A DNA stretch of 64,000 bases, from NCBI GenBank assembly GCA_973895155.1, contig OZ316895.1, forward strand, positions 14,380,225 to 14,444,224, written 5' to 3'. Shown one piece after another: positions 1-11,266 of this stretch. Source of the stretch: Marsupella aquatica (Eukaryota; Plantae; Marchantiophyta). The position numbers and the translations under genes were made by a program. The notes beneath the pieces are model-generated. The model saw nothing but the letters and a program-made list of their open reading frames with translations. It had not been told where the DNA came from and made no database searches. How positions within the stretch are numbered: position 1 is the first letter of the stretch; each line of letters begins with the position of its first letter.

Positions 1-644
1 AAATGAATGGGCTGAATGACGGTCCAAATGACAGCAATTCAGAGAATACATGAATAACCGGTGTTGTTCATTCAAACTCGTCTTACAATCGTCTCCCGTT
101 CAGGGCCTCCAACAGATACGAGAATCAGTGCAAATCGGTGGGACGGATGATGAACGAAAATTACGGCAGTGTACGACGATGCGCTGGTGTTGCTGGATGA
201 GCAAAATTCTAGTTGGATGCGGATGACACTTAGGAAAACAGTGAGTAAGCATTCTTTCAGACAATGAGATAATAGGGAAATCTGCACAATGCTCTAATTA
301 GCTACAACCAGCTCCGAGCTTGACAGGATTTGGATATAAAGCAATGACATTGGATGGCTCAAATGCATACATCTTTCAATTTGGTTTAAATGAAGCGGAA
401 CCCTCCTCCACAATTTTGAAAAGCAGCATTTGCTGGTTGAATTCTATTAAATTACAAAGAGGAAGAAACCGGCAGATCACTTTATCGCCTGCTTTGGATC
501 TTCCAACGAGAGATCACAAGGTAGAAGCTACCTCGTTAAAAAAATCTTAAGCTCACATCTCGGACCCTATATCCTTTAAATCCCCTGGCCCTCACACAGA
601 ATAGTCGTATTTCTAACCTGGCCCACTCCTAAGCAACGGAAATC

Positions 645-1993
645 TCATCGCATCATGTCCCAGGCATGATTGCAGCTCTCGAATTGTGACATTTCAGTTG
701 ATAAAAACTTGAAAGTCTTCACACCTCTTTGCTTGTCCACGAAAGCTGACATCTGGTCAAGGAATTCCCTGGGTGCACGAGAAAAGCTTGCAGAGCACAA
801 AGATATAGAGTCGTGACAACAGTCACGGACAGCATTACAGAATTGATAGAAAGAAACACTATTTTCAAATGAACAGGAGCCTACTATCCACAGCACCCAC
901 AAGTTTTAAATAAAGGATACTGCCTGAAAACTTAGGATCACCAAGATCTGGTAGAATGCTGGAGACATTTAGAAACAAGGAAAGCTCGTTTCTGCAACAG
1001 CGAGGCAAGCGGGTCACTAAACCATCAGTCTGAACTCGAAAGGACATTCACATCACGGCAAAACGGGAATCAATTGGGTGCTTGTGCGGCAAGAACCGAA
1101 TGGATAGCGAGAACAACAGCCTGGAAAGGTTCCATATTAGTGTACTTGAGAAATGCCTCCTCTGCGTCTGGCTTGTCGAGTGCATCTTTCTGCAATTTTA
1201 TGGAAAGCATTTGCTCCTCAATTGCCTCAATACATTCTTCCAGATCTGTGCAGAAGAAATGTACCATACAACCGTCAGGCTTTCAGGAGCCACCATTTCG
1301 CAGTCTCTGCTAAGGGAAGCTTTTTAATTTCCATTCAATTTAGCCAAAACTATGCCTGCTTTCAGGGAATCGCTTTGGGAAATCAAGAAAAGTGTTTCTA
1401 GTCCCCATTGCACGATAATTATTTGAAATTATCGGAAGGAGAAGGGAAGTCCAAATACGCTTCACAAAGAAATGGGTGACGAATGAGCTAATAATCAACG
1501 CAAGGAGAGTATTTAAACTTGTGGCAGCAGCTCAACAAATGGGAAATGAAGGTCACTTATTTGACGTCTGCTTGCATTTGCCGCTCTCTGGCTTGAGCTT
1601 GTGACAGCTGCTCTTTAACGAGGTCGAACTCTTCATGGTTTGACCCATCCATCTTCACTGATACCAATCTCCGTTCGGCCTGAGCGACTTCCTGTTGAAG
1701 CTCTGTGTTCAGAGAGCAGGAAAGGCCCATCAGGGTAGCAAACCAATAACCGAGAGAAAGGCTTGAAATCATTCTCGAAATAAGCCCGCAACCAAATACT
1801 TTGACCTACCATGATTCTGTGAATGTTTCTCAGCTTGCTTCACCCGCCAGGTGGCCATCACCTCCGTCATCTGGTCTAGAGCTTTCCGCAGATTGCTACA
1901 GTCGAGCTCAGTCTTGTGAAATTCGTGGGTTGTGCGTACAACCCCCACCATCTCTTGCAACTTACTCAAATCCAGCCCCGCCTCGGCCGCCAT
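645..1993 (-). CDS. SPC24: Kinetochore NDC80-complex subunit SPC24 (5 exons: 1993-1810, 1702-1561, 1247-1146, 991-921, 745-645; 199 aa)
   Basis: Exons sum to 600 nt in frame. An N-terminal coiled coil is followed by NELSLFLNVSSILPDLGDPKFSGTFVDKQRGVKTFKFLSTEMSQFESCNHAWDMMR, which matches the plant SPC24 C-terminal pattern as I recall it (LSMYASVT..IPD..D...ISG..VD......F.F....M..YE.CN..W). The model requires one AT-AC and one U12 GT-AG intron. Confidence 0.88.
746..920 (-). other. U12-type (minor spliceosome) GT-AG intron, SPC24 intron 4
   Basis: 5' site GTATCCTTT at 920; branch TTCCTTGAC at 764-756; CAG acceptor about 11 nt after the branch A. Splicing restores the frame (SG-T-FVDK). Confidence 0.9.
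1248..1560 (-). other. AT-AC intron with U2-like signals, SPC24 intron 2
   Basis: GTC AA|ATAAGTGAC...CCTGAC...TTTCTTCTGCAC|A GAT CTG joins ...ADVK-DLEECIE... in frame. I found no nearby good GT/GC-AG pair that restores the frame. Confidence 0.72.
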
Positions 1994-4293
1994 CTCCTCT
2001 CCCCTCCTCTATGCAGAACTCCTGAAATGGTAGACGAAAACGATAGCAATCTTTTCGGAAGTTGGGACTGAAGAGTGAACTGAACAGAGCACAGCTGATT
2101 GTTGAAACGGATTGCTGAAACGGATTGGATTGATGAAACGGAGGAACGCCCAGAGCTTGATGTCTACTACTGGAGAGGCAGAATGGGAAGAGATGGGCGA
2201 ATCGACTCCAGTTGAAAAGAGTTCCCGCGCAATTGGCGAACTTCAAACTCGGGGAGGTGAAGATCTCGGGTCTACATAATATATTTTTTCTTTGATTGTA
2301 CTACTAGACCCTAGTATATCTCATGAATAATTACTGATGAGAAGCTAGAATTCGGGTCTTCACTGGGTTTCTAGAGTGAAGTCTCTAGACCCTGACTCTA
2401 TGGCCCCACCAAATGTATCATTTATGTGGAAATAAGATCATGTATGATGATTTTTGTCACCATTTCTATTAATATTCAAACAATGAACATTCATGCTAGT
2501 TAGTCTTGTTCTTTATGTTGTGTCACATCTATGGAGTAACCCTCACATCATAGCTTTAGAGCATGTCAAAGCACTGCCATAAGTAAGACCTTATGGTTGT
2601 GACTTTTTTGACGTCTGAGTTTTATGAGGCACATATATTGGTAGCCTGTAAGGTTCTTATTCAGGCCATAAATCCATTTTATGTCCTTAGCTGTACCTCG
2701 CTCAGAGCCCTCTTTTGACACACCCTATTGTGTCTTATTACTTACTAGCCTGAGGGCAGGTTCAAATATCCAAACATTGTGCCTTATTACATACAAGCCT
2801 GAGTGCATGTTCTTTGAACCTAAATAGAGGTGAGGACCAGTCATTTTTTTTTGAGCAAAAATGTGCCAATGGCTTGCCTTGAAAACAAGAGGCAAATGAT
2901 ACTCAGGCTAATTTTTTTATAAGGATGTGCCATTTGCTACAATCAGAGCTGAAGTTGAAGTAATGTGCCACTAAGTTCTTACTTAAAACTTCTGAGTTTG
3001 TATTTCCCTTAGTAGATACTCTATTTTCTTGGTTTGCCCAAGTCCTAAATTCATTGTCTCTAGAGATATTAAACATCCAAGACTAATACTGCACAAAAAC
3101 TATGTAGTCATTAAAAACGGGGCTTTACGTTTCTTTGCAAGGCTGCTCCCACTATTCTTCAGATTCATTTTAGGGACTCCCCAAATTAAATATTCATATG
3201 TCTAATTAGTCTGGCCCAAACTAATGGTTGTGAAGAATGTGCAATAATGAGACTAGTGAAGTTAATAATGACATTGGTGCTATTGGCTTTAGAATTTCCA
3301 CATATTACAAAAGGTCTCATACATTGTACATAGTTTGAGGGTGAGGTGTCTGGTCATAATAAGTCACATGGCATCTACCATGAATAAATCCTACTGCCGT
3401 CAAGGCCACGATTTGATATTTGTACATTTGAAATAGTCAATGAATTGTAGTTTAGACTGTACTGCGCAGATGGTCATCTTAATAAACCACATTGCATTTG
3501 GTTTTGGTTATTGATGTGTGCTTGTTCACCTTGCCATATGTTAAAATAAATGCAAGTTGTTTGCAATGCAATTGCGTTTGGTTTTGGTTATTGCTGTGTG
3601 CTTCTTCTCGTTGCCATATGTTAACATAAATGTAAGTTTGTTTGTAATGCTTTTCTCTTGAATCATTCAGTTCGCTTTGTTGGCATGTGTCATTCCTTTG
3701 GCCTACCTCCTTTTGTCTCTCTAAACCTTCACCATCCTCATCCTCTTTCTTTTCAAGTAATAGTGAATCACCTACATGAATATGGAGGTGCAGGGCAATA
3801 GGCATGCTTGTATCCCACAAAGACAGATGGAAGAGAATATGGAAGGGCGAATTGAAATATCCCACAAAGCACGATATAAGAAATTATTACAACTTACTGG
3901 CATCCTTTACAAAGAGAATGGCTCCTCCAATAAGTCAAGAAATGTAGGAGCCAACAAGCCACGACATTGGAGGCTTAGAGAAGTGTATGCTAAGGGGGTG
4001 TCACCTTTGGACACACGAGACTTCCCCTGTTGTACTTAGCCCAGATCACAGAACCCCTGTTTCCCCTGTTTTGCCTAGCCCAGGTGACAATGAAGGGATG
4101 CGTGCTGGCAAACTTGAAATGCCCTGATTCTGAGATAAATGGGTGAATCTTCTTCATTGAGTGGGGTGAAACAGACTGGCCACATATCCCTCCAGGCAAC
4201 AGGAATGGGTACCTCTAGCAGTACCCATTGGGCATCAGTAGTCCATTCCCAGACAGCCATGGCAGGCAACTGGTCTAAACCTGAGACACCCTA

Positions 4294-6584
4294 CTATCCA
4301 ACAGAGGGAACTGGGCCAGAGAAGAAATTCTTAGACAGATTCAGGTAGAAGTAATTGTTGATCAGGCTGAAGAGGACCGCTGGAACACCCCCAGACAACT
4401 TGTTGTGGGAGAGGTCAAGGTAGCTGAGAACAGTCAGGTCTCCTATGGTGGAAGGGAGTTTCCCCAGCAAATAATTGTGGGACAGGTCCAGGTCATTTAG
4501 CAACGGCAATCTGGCCAGAAAAGAGGCAGAGATAGGTCCATAGAGCTTTGAGTTGTGTATGTCCAAAGAGGCGAGACTAGAATTATGTGAAAGGGAATTT
4601 GGGAGCTTGGTGTGGAGCGGGTTGTTGGAGATGTTGAGGATTACCAAGTCCAGATAGTTCTGGAATAGGGCCAGAGGAATGGGACCGCTGAAATCGTTGG
4701 AAGAAATGTCCAGCTTCCCCAGGTGTTTGCCAAAGTGACTGGGAATGCGCCCTGAAAGGTAATTGTAGGACAAATCCACAAAGACTGTTGTGGGATAGAT
4801 GTAGTTCATGCCAAATGGCGGGACAGATCCCGTCAATTTGTTGTGGGATAGATCAATCTCAGTTAAGACGGGAAGTGTTGCAAGAGAGGCAGGGATGGAA
4901 CCCGTAAGGAAGTTCCTGCTAGCAGAGAAATAGCCCATGGTTGTCAGATTGTAAAGCTGTGATGGGATAGATCCTGAGAGCTTATTGTTGTAGAGTGAGA
5001 AGCTGCTGATAGAGCTCATCCCACCGATCTCGTTGGGTATTGTCCCAGTCAGCAGGTTGTTTTCCAGGAACAGCACCTGCAGTAAAAGCCAATTGGCCAG
5101 AATGACAATGTGGGTATTAAGAACTGGAATTGCTGATTTTTTCACAATAGGTTCCAAATATGTAGTAGCAGTTGTCTGAACCTGTCTCATGTAACACACA
5201 TGAATTGTTGATTTTTGCAATAGGTTCCAAATAAGAAGTAGAAGTTGTCAAAACCTGTCTTATGTATTAAAAGTGAATTGATGATTTTCGCAATAGGTTC
5301 CAAATAAGAAGTAGAAGTTGTCAAAACCTGTCTTATGTATTAAAAGTGAATTGATGATTTTCGCAATAGGTTCCAAATAAGAAGTAGAAGTTGTCAAAAC
5401 CTGTCTTATGTATTAAAAGTGAATTGTTGAGTTTCTCAATAGGTTCCAAAGACGAAGAAGAAGAACTCAGAACCTGTCTCATGGTACAAAACTGCTGCTC
5501 ACCTGCAGTAGCTTGAGGTTGCCCAACGACGGAGGAAGTTGTCCGGTGAGACGATTGGAAGAGAGAGCCAAATCAATCAGCTGAGTGAGTTCTCCAATTC
5601 GTGAAGGAATTGGCCCGGTCAGAAAATTGTCTTGGATGGTGAGGTCGGTCAGGCCTGTGAGTTTGTAGATGCACCGTGGAATTGTACCCGTCAGACGTTG
5701 ATATTCGATGTGGAGTTGCTCGAGATGCGCTAGTTTACAAATTGAGTAGGGGATCGCACCAGAGAGTTCACCTGCAATCGGAAGAAAGTTTGTATTGTAA
5801 GAGTGATGATCGAAAGTTTGTATTGTAAGAGTGATGATCGATCAGAAATTAGAAATTCGAGGCGTACCGCAAAACCACAGCGGGCAGGTTGTGGGGATTA
5901 TTACCGAAAACAATGAAAATGGTGGTGAGGTTGGAGAGCTCCCCAATGAAGTCTGGGATGGGGCCGGTGAAATTGGAACCTATCAAAGTAAGCTGCCCTA
6001 AATGTCTCAGATTTTTCCAGCTGCCGGGGATTGGACCGAAGAAGTGCACGCCGCCAAAGTGAAGAGTGTTGAGTGCCGTTAGCCTGCCCACAGATTCCCC
6101 AGTGACGCCTGGACTACTAGTGTTGGGTTCGATGAAACCTCCTCGTTGACCTGGGAGTTGGATCGTTATTCCGGTCACTCGACCTGCACGCGAATTTGAG
6201 CAAACAACTATTAACAGCCGCAAACTGGGTTAAATCACAACTGCAAACAACTGAATATGGCCAATTGTAATGTGTCCTTGAGTGTCATTTCGGATGGTCT
6301 TTTCGAGATCCACTCTAACAACATGTAAATGCGCTTTCCTTAGCCTCCAGAACAGGAGATCATGATGGTCCATCGCACCAACCTGCAGGATTGACCGAGA
6401 TGCCACCATAGTTGCTACAATCCACGCCAGGCAGCCAAGTGGAGAAGTAATCAGAGGGTAGGAAATCGGCCTTAAACTCTAAAAGAGCCTCTGCATCGCC
6501 TGCATTGCAAGGAGCTTGAGCTGCTCGCAATCCCCCTAAGCAGGAGGCCAGAATCAGCAGCAGCAAAAGCGCCCGCCCATCCAT
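4294..6584 (-). CDS. Secreted extracellular LRR protein without TM or kinase domain (exons 6584-6383, 6183-5905, 5771-5503, 5076-4294; 510 aa)
   Basis: Signal peptide MDGRALLLLLILASCLGGLRAA, then an LRRNT_2-type cap (C...D.EALLEFK...W....DC) and many LxxLxLxxNxLsGxIP repeats. GT-AG junctions keep the LRR register and exons total 1533 nt. Confidence 0.88.
5145..5480. repeat. 73-bp tandem repeat (~4.5 copies) filling most of LRR intron 3
   Basis: CAATAGGTTCCAAA starts at 5145, 5218, 5291, 5364 and 5437; the middle copies are near identical. Confidence 0.95.
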
Positions 6585-8234
6585 CAGAAAGTCCCGCGCA
6601 CGCTCTCTGCTCTGCAAGCCCTTAGCTGCCGCCCAGATCTGTCTGTAACGCAAAATTCAGGAAGACAAAGAGCCCACAAGACATTCATCATTCCGTGTTG
6701 TAGATTGAAGTCAATGATGATGATGCTACTGATCACTTGCTTCAATTCAAATCCATGGTGCAATTTACGTGGGTGACAGGATTGACACATGCATTTCCTC
6801 CTCTTGGACAAGACTTATGTCGCTCAGCCCTTTGTCAGCAAAGAAGCCAAGTTGAGTATTTTTACTCGGAATATGATTCAGTCAAAGCTTTTTCGTTCAA
6901 GCAACCAAAATGCTCTCTCTCCCTGCTCTCTCTGCCTCCTCTTAGGCAACTGCATTTCAGCTGATAAGCTTTAGTAGCCTAGTGCTGGTACTCTCTTGGA
7001 AGGAATTAAAGTGTCCACAACTAGTTACCCTTCTTGCGAAAGGTGGGGTGTCAATAGACTAAGAGTCTGAGACTATATGTCCACAAGCCAAAGCACATTC
7101 ATCAAGAGAAGCCGAAAAAACGTGGTTCTGTACTCTTCTCGAAGGAATTTGGACAAACCATCAATCTTAATCGAAAACTCAACTCCTGGAGAACAACGAA
7201 CAGATAAGGTTCAAACATAACTGATCAAGTCACATGGACAATAGTTGAAGAACGTCACCTGCGACAATTTTAGTGCCTGGTACACTCCGATGCAGAGATA
7301 TTGCAATTCGAAGCGTGGTACGACAGACTATTGAATTCCAGCGTTCCAAAGGCTCTATATAATCTGCTGTACCTGGTAATGGTAATGTCACTTGCCGAAG
7401 GAGAACCGAGAGCCTTGAAGTTGACTTCTCCGAAGCATGTGGACGCTTTCTGATCCGTGAGCTGCAAGAATAATGCGAGAAGCAAGGAACGGAAACCCCG
7501 TACAAAGGGGAGCACGTCCTGGCCATTACTCCAACGCCAATCGGGTGCTTGATTTGAGGATTCTGCCCCTCCATGCCCCCGACTTGGATTCTATTGAATT
7601 GGATTGTTTGAATTGCTGGATTGATGCAACTTGGATTGGCGTGGCTGCTCTGCTTCTTCTTCTCCTAGAAATCCTCCGTGAGCTTCGTGTCCTGGCTTCT
7701 CTCTTGCGTCTCCTGGAAGTTCTCCGTGAGCTTCGTGTCCTGCATCCACAGTCCTGGTCGTGCCGAATGCCGAGCTCGATGTGCCTTGATTTGGATTGAA
7801 TACCGTTTGAAGGCTCGATCACAGAGGACTCCGAGAGCCAACAAAATCGTGCAGTACTTTTCTATTGCTGTCTACGACACTGCGCCGCCCCAAGAAAGCA
7901 TTCTTTTCAGCTGAATTCAATTCTTCCATTGGCGGTGTGCTGTACTGTGGTTTGGCTTTTTGGCGTTTTTGTTCCTTTGCGCTGTATATATTCTTGATGT
8001 GTACATTCGATTCGACAAACCGCTACAGAATTCCAAAACCCAGCAAAATTTTGAGGTGTGTGATTGAGCCCCAAAATGATAGGACTTACTTGATGGGACC
8101 CCTGACTGAGATAGACCCGTCCATACACCTTAAACCCCCACTAAGGGGGAAGTGTCCAATACTGTTCCCTTTTTCACTTTCTACTCCTTCTTCTCCTCTC
8201 CCCCACTATTTTACGTACTCCCTACTATGAGATT

Positions 8235-8795
8235 AAACTGGTAGCCATAACAAAACCTGAATCCACCAGATTTTTTCATTAAATTGTGGAGCCAAATAGC
8301 ACTATAAAGCAGAGGAATGAGTGCCAAGAGGGGCACTGGACAGAAATCCAAGGGGGAATGTTAGAAATATTTAAAAGCAACGTGTCCAAGACTTCTCCCT
8401 TTTTCACTTTCATCTCATTCTTCTCCTCTTCCATTTGGTATGGCTCCACAAATTCAAGAAATGATACTATTTATGGTGAAACTTAGTGTAACCAGGTTTT
8501 TGTCATGGCTAGCTAGTGGTTTAAATTGCCACTAGCCCCAATACAGAAACTGTGAATCAAGGTTACTAAAATAAGGTCAAAATGTTCTTGAGAAAATATA
8601 ATGTTCTACTCGTTTGTCCCTCCCGCTAGTGGACACTGGCCATATATAATGGGAAAGGTCCAAGAGTTCCCCTTTCCTACATTTCACTCACTCTCCTCAT
8701 CTACCATGCTTGCTCCACAATTTCAGAAAAAAGTTACTTTTAATGGTGAAACTTGGTGAATCCAAGTTTTGGTCATGGGTATTGATGATTTAAGT
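8235..8795. repeat. Degenerate foldback/MITE-like repeat cluster
   Basis: About 8235-8320 (TAGCCATAACAAAACCTG...TTGTGGAGCCA) is an imperfect reverse complement of about 8410-8525 (TGGCTCCACAA...CAGGTTTTTGTCATGGCTA). 8685-8795 is a second, direct degenerate copy of the latter. Confidence 0.6.
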
Positions 8796-11266
8796 CAACA
8801 TACCAAAAATCTGAGAGGTCCTATCACTTAACACTTGGGGTTCCATCAAGCCAATACCTTTGCAAAAAACTAAGGATCAGCCAGTCTTTAGTTTCTTGAA
8901 AACGTTTTGTAATTTTATTTTCTTTCAATTTGTATAGAACTGGAAGCTTGGATGGACACAAATGTTTTGTGTGATGCTCGGATAGACACAAAGGGACTGC
9001 TTTAAATTTACTCGCACAGAGGTGGAAAAGTAACCCACACACAAGACATTTCTAGGAAATCTACACAATTGTGTGATGATAAATCCAAGTGAGCTACCTA
9101 TGACTAGAGTGATACTCTAGACCATGACTTTGGGGCACGGCCAGAATTTGGGGGTGAGTGTTGACTAGAGTGGGTTTTGAGGGCTTCCTAGTTTGTGTGA
9201 CTCTGGGGCTGTAACACCAGGATCAGAATCTAAGCATAATAAATTGTTTAGGTGCAACAGATGGACAGTACGTCAGGACAAATCTAATGAATATATATAG
9301 AAGAAAGAGCAATTCAGTAGTGCTCATGAGTGCATGAGGGGTCAGTGGTCCCATAAAGGAAGATTGCTCCAACATTTAAAGAAACAATAGTTACTGTAGA
9401 TCATTGTATAATAATGTTGGATGCACATCAGATGCTCTTGTTGGCTTTGATGCTTCAACAACATAGCTCGAACCGTCAACACTTTCATTGTATTGACTAT
9501 TATTCTACCATGAGCTTGATAATAGGAAACCAAAATGTACCACTCTACTCAACAGTTAGTAATACATGAGAGAAATCATTCCTAAATGCAACCTGTATGT
9601 TACATACTACTTGAAGAAAGCAATTGGAAACTTTGACAAGCAAGACAGGTGAACTCTTTCCCCAGTTACAAGGAGCAACGGATAGCAATACCCATTAAAA
9701 ACCAGACCATGGCTTATCAGCACCATGTCCACAAATCTGAGAAGGTCACTCACTCATAGACATGACAATTATGGGAGGTTTGTGACATGTGTAACAGCAT
9801 TCAACTTGCTAGCATTTGGGCCCTCACTGTATCAGTGTTCATTTGTACCAAGGACCACGTTGTCATGGACATAGGGAGGAGTCCCCAAAACAGGGTAGGA
9901 AGGCCTGGGGAGTCTATGGGGTCTATGAAACTCCTGGCCACACTCCCACACTGCTTTGTAATCCACGTCCAATACTCAACTCTATAGTTTGATACTCTTT
10001 CGACTTCAAGAAGTGGTGAGACAAAAAAGAGTTCCTTTCATTTCTCACCCCCATCCAGGTGGAGATTTCTGTCCGAGCCTGGCTGGAGGCAAGGTCTAGA
10101 GGCTTCACTCTAGATCATAGCCTCTATACTCTAACTTCTCAAAGAGAAGCTATAGTCAAAACTAGAAGGGTCAGTCTAGAGGCTTCACTCTAGATCATAC
10201 ATAGCCTTTACTCTTTAGCTTCTCTTTGAAATTATATAGAAAAAACCAAAAGGGTCGCCCAAAACATAAGGGAGAGTACTACCATGGTGAAGAGTCCATG
10301 AGGTCTCCATGAAACTCCTGGTCCTCGCTCAACACCCCAGAAAATGCATCAGCAGGGTCAGATTCGTGTGGGCTGTGCCATGCTCCCAGTCTGCAGTGGA
10401 AGCTCCTTAAATCTGACCCTCTTCAGGAAAAGACTAACGTTTTGTTCGAGAAAGCTGTAAACAGCAGAAGTTACAGTACACACGGCCTGCAAATCTGCCT
10501 TCCAAGGATTCCATCTACTCTATAGATAGATTCGCCTGATGCTCGTGGAGAGAGGAGCTCAGAAGGCGAAACATTGATTGTAAGACTTTTGAGAATGACC
10601 GAAGACGGTACAACAGGAAGCAGGGCTGAAAGGAATGGATGGGAGCTATGGCTGCCCAAGTCCTCTTCAACAATGTCCGTCCTGTGGTGGTTGGTTGTGA
10701 CTGCCACTTGTCAGGAATGACGCCGTGGTGAACTCACCCCTCACTGGCTTCTTCTGAGGGAGGAAGATGCATTCAGGCAGAGTCTATGGGACCGGAATTT
10801 TGGTAATTTGTTTAGAGGATGCACTCGACGAGAATTCAATGGTTGGAATGTGATGCAGCTCGAAAACGTCAATAGCTCGGCGGAGGTGAACGATGAGTGC
10901 AGGACAGTTTTAGGGTAGTATCGTATTACAGTTGAATTCTGGATTGGCGATTGCAGACGAGGAGCAGGTCAGCGGAAATCGGGGCATTGACTCTGGGGAC
11001 GAATTTGGACCGTGAAATTATTGAACGGACAGTGCAATTCAAGTCAATTAGGTACACTGGCTAGCTGCACAAGCGCATTTGGTACTGGTCAGTGGGCAGG
11101 AATTCGAGTACTGGACGATTGTGGGTCTACGGAGATTGAGGATGGATTTATGTTGAGATTGTGGTGCGCTCGAGAGGGTCGTTCGCTGGCTACAGTAGCA
11201 GCAGCTCGGAAGGAGGAGAAGGAGTAGGAGGAGGCGGAGGAGGAGAGCTGCAGGTGGGGGAGAGGG

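Noticed and set aside
5077-5220. N-terminal part of ORF 4294-5220 as the LRR start
   Set aside because: It is intron and tandem-repeat sequence. The real exon begins at the CAG acceptor at 5076.
5849-5905. Apparent frameshift (pseudogene) in LRR exon 2
   Set aside because: The G|GTAATA donor at 5905/5904 restores both frame and LRR register.
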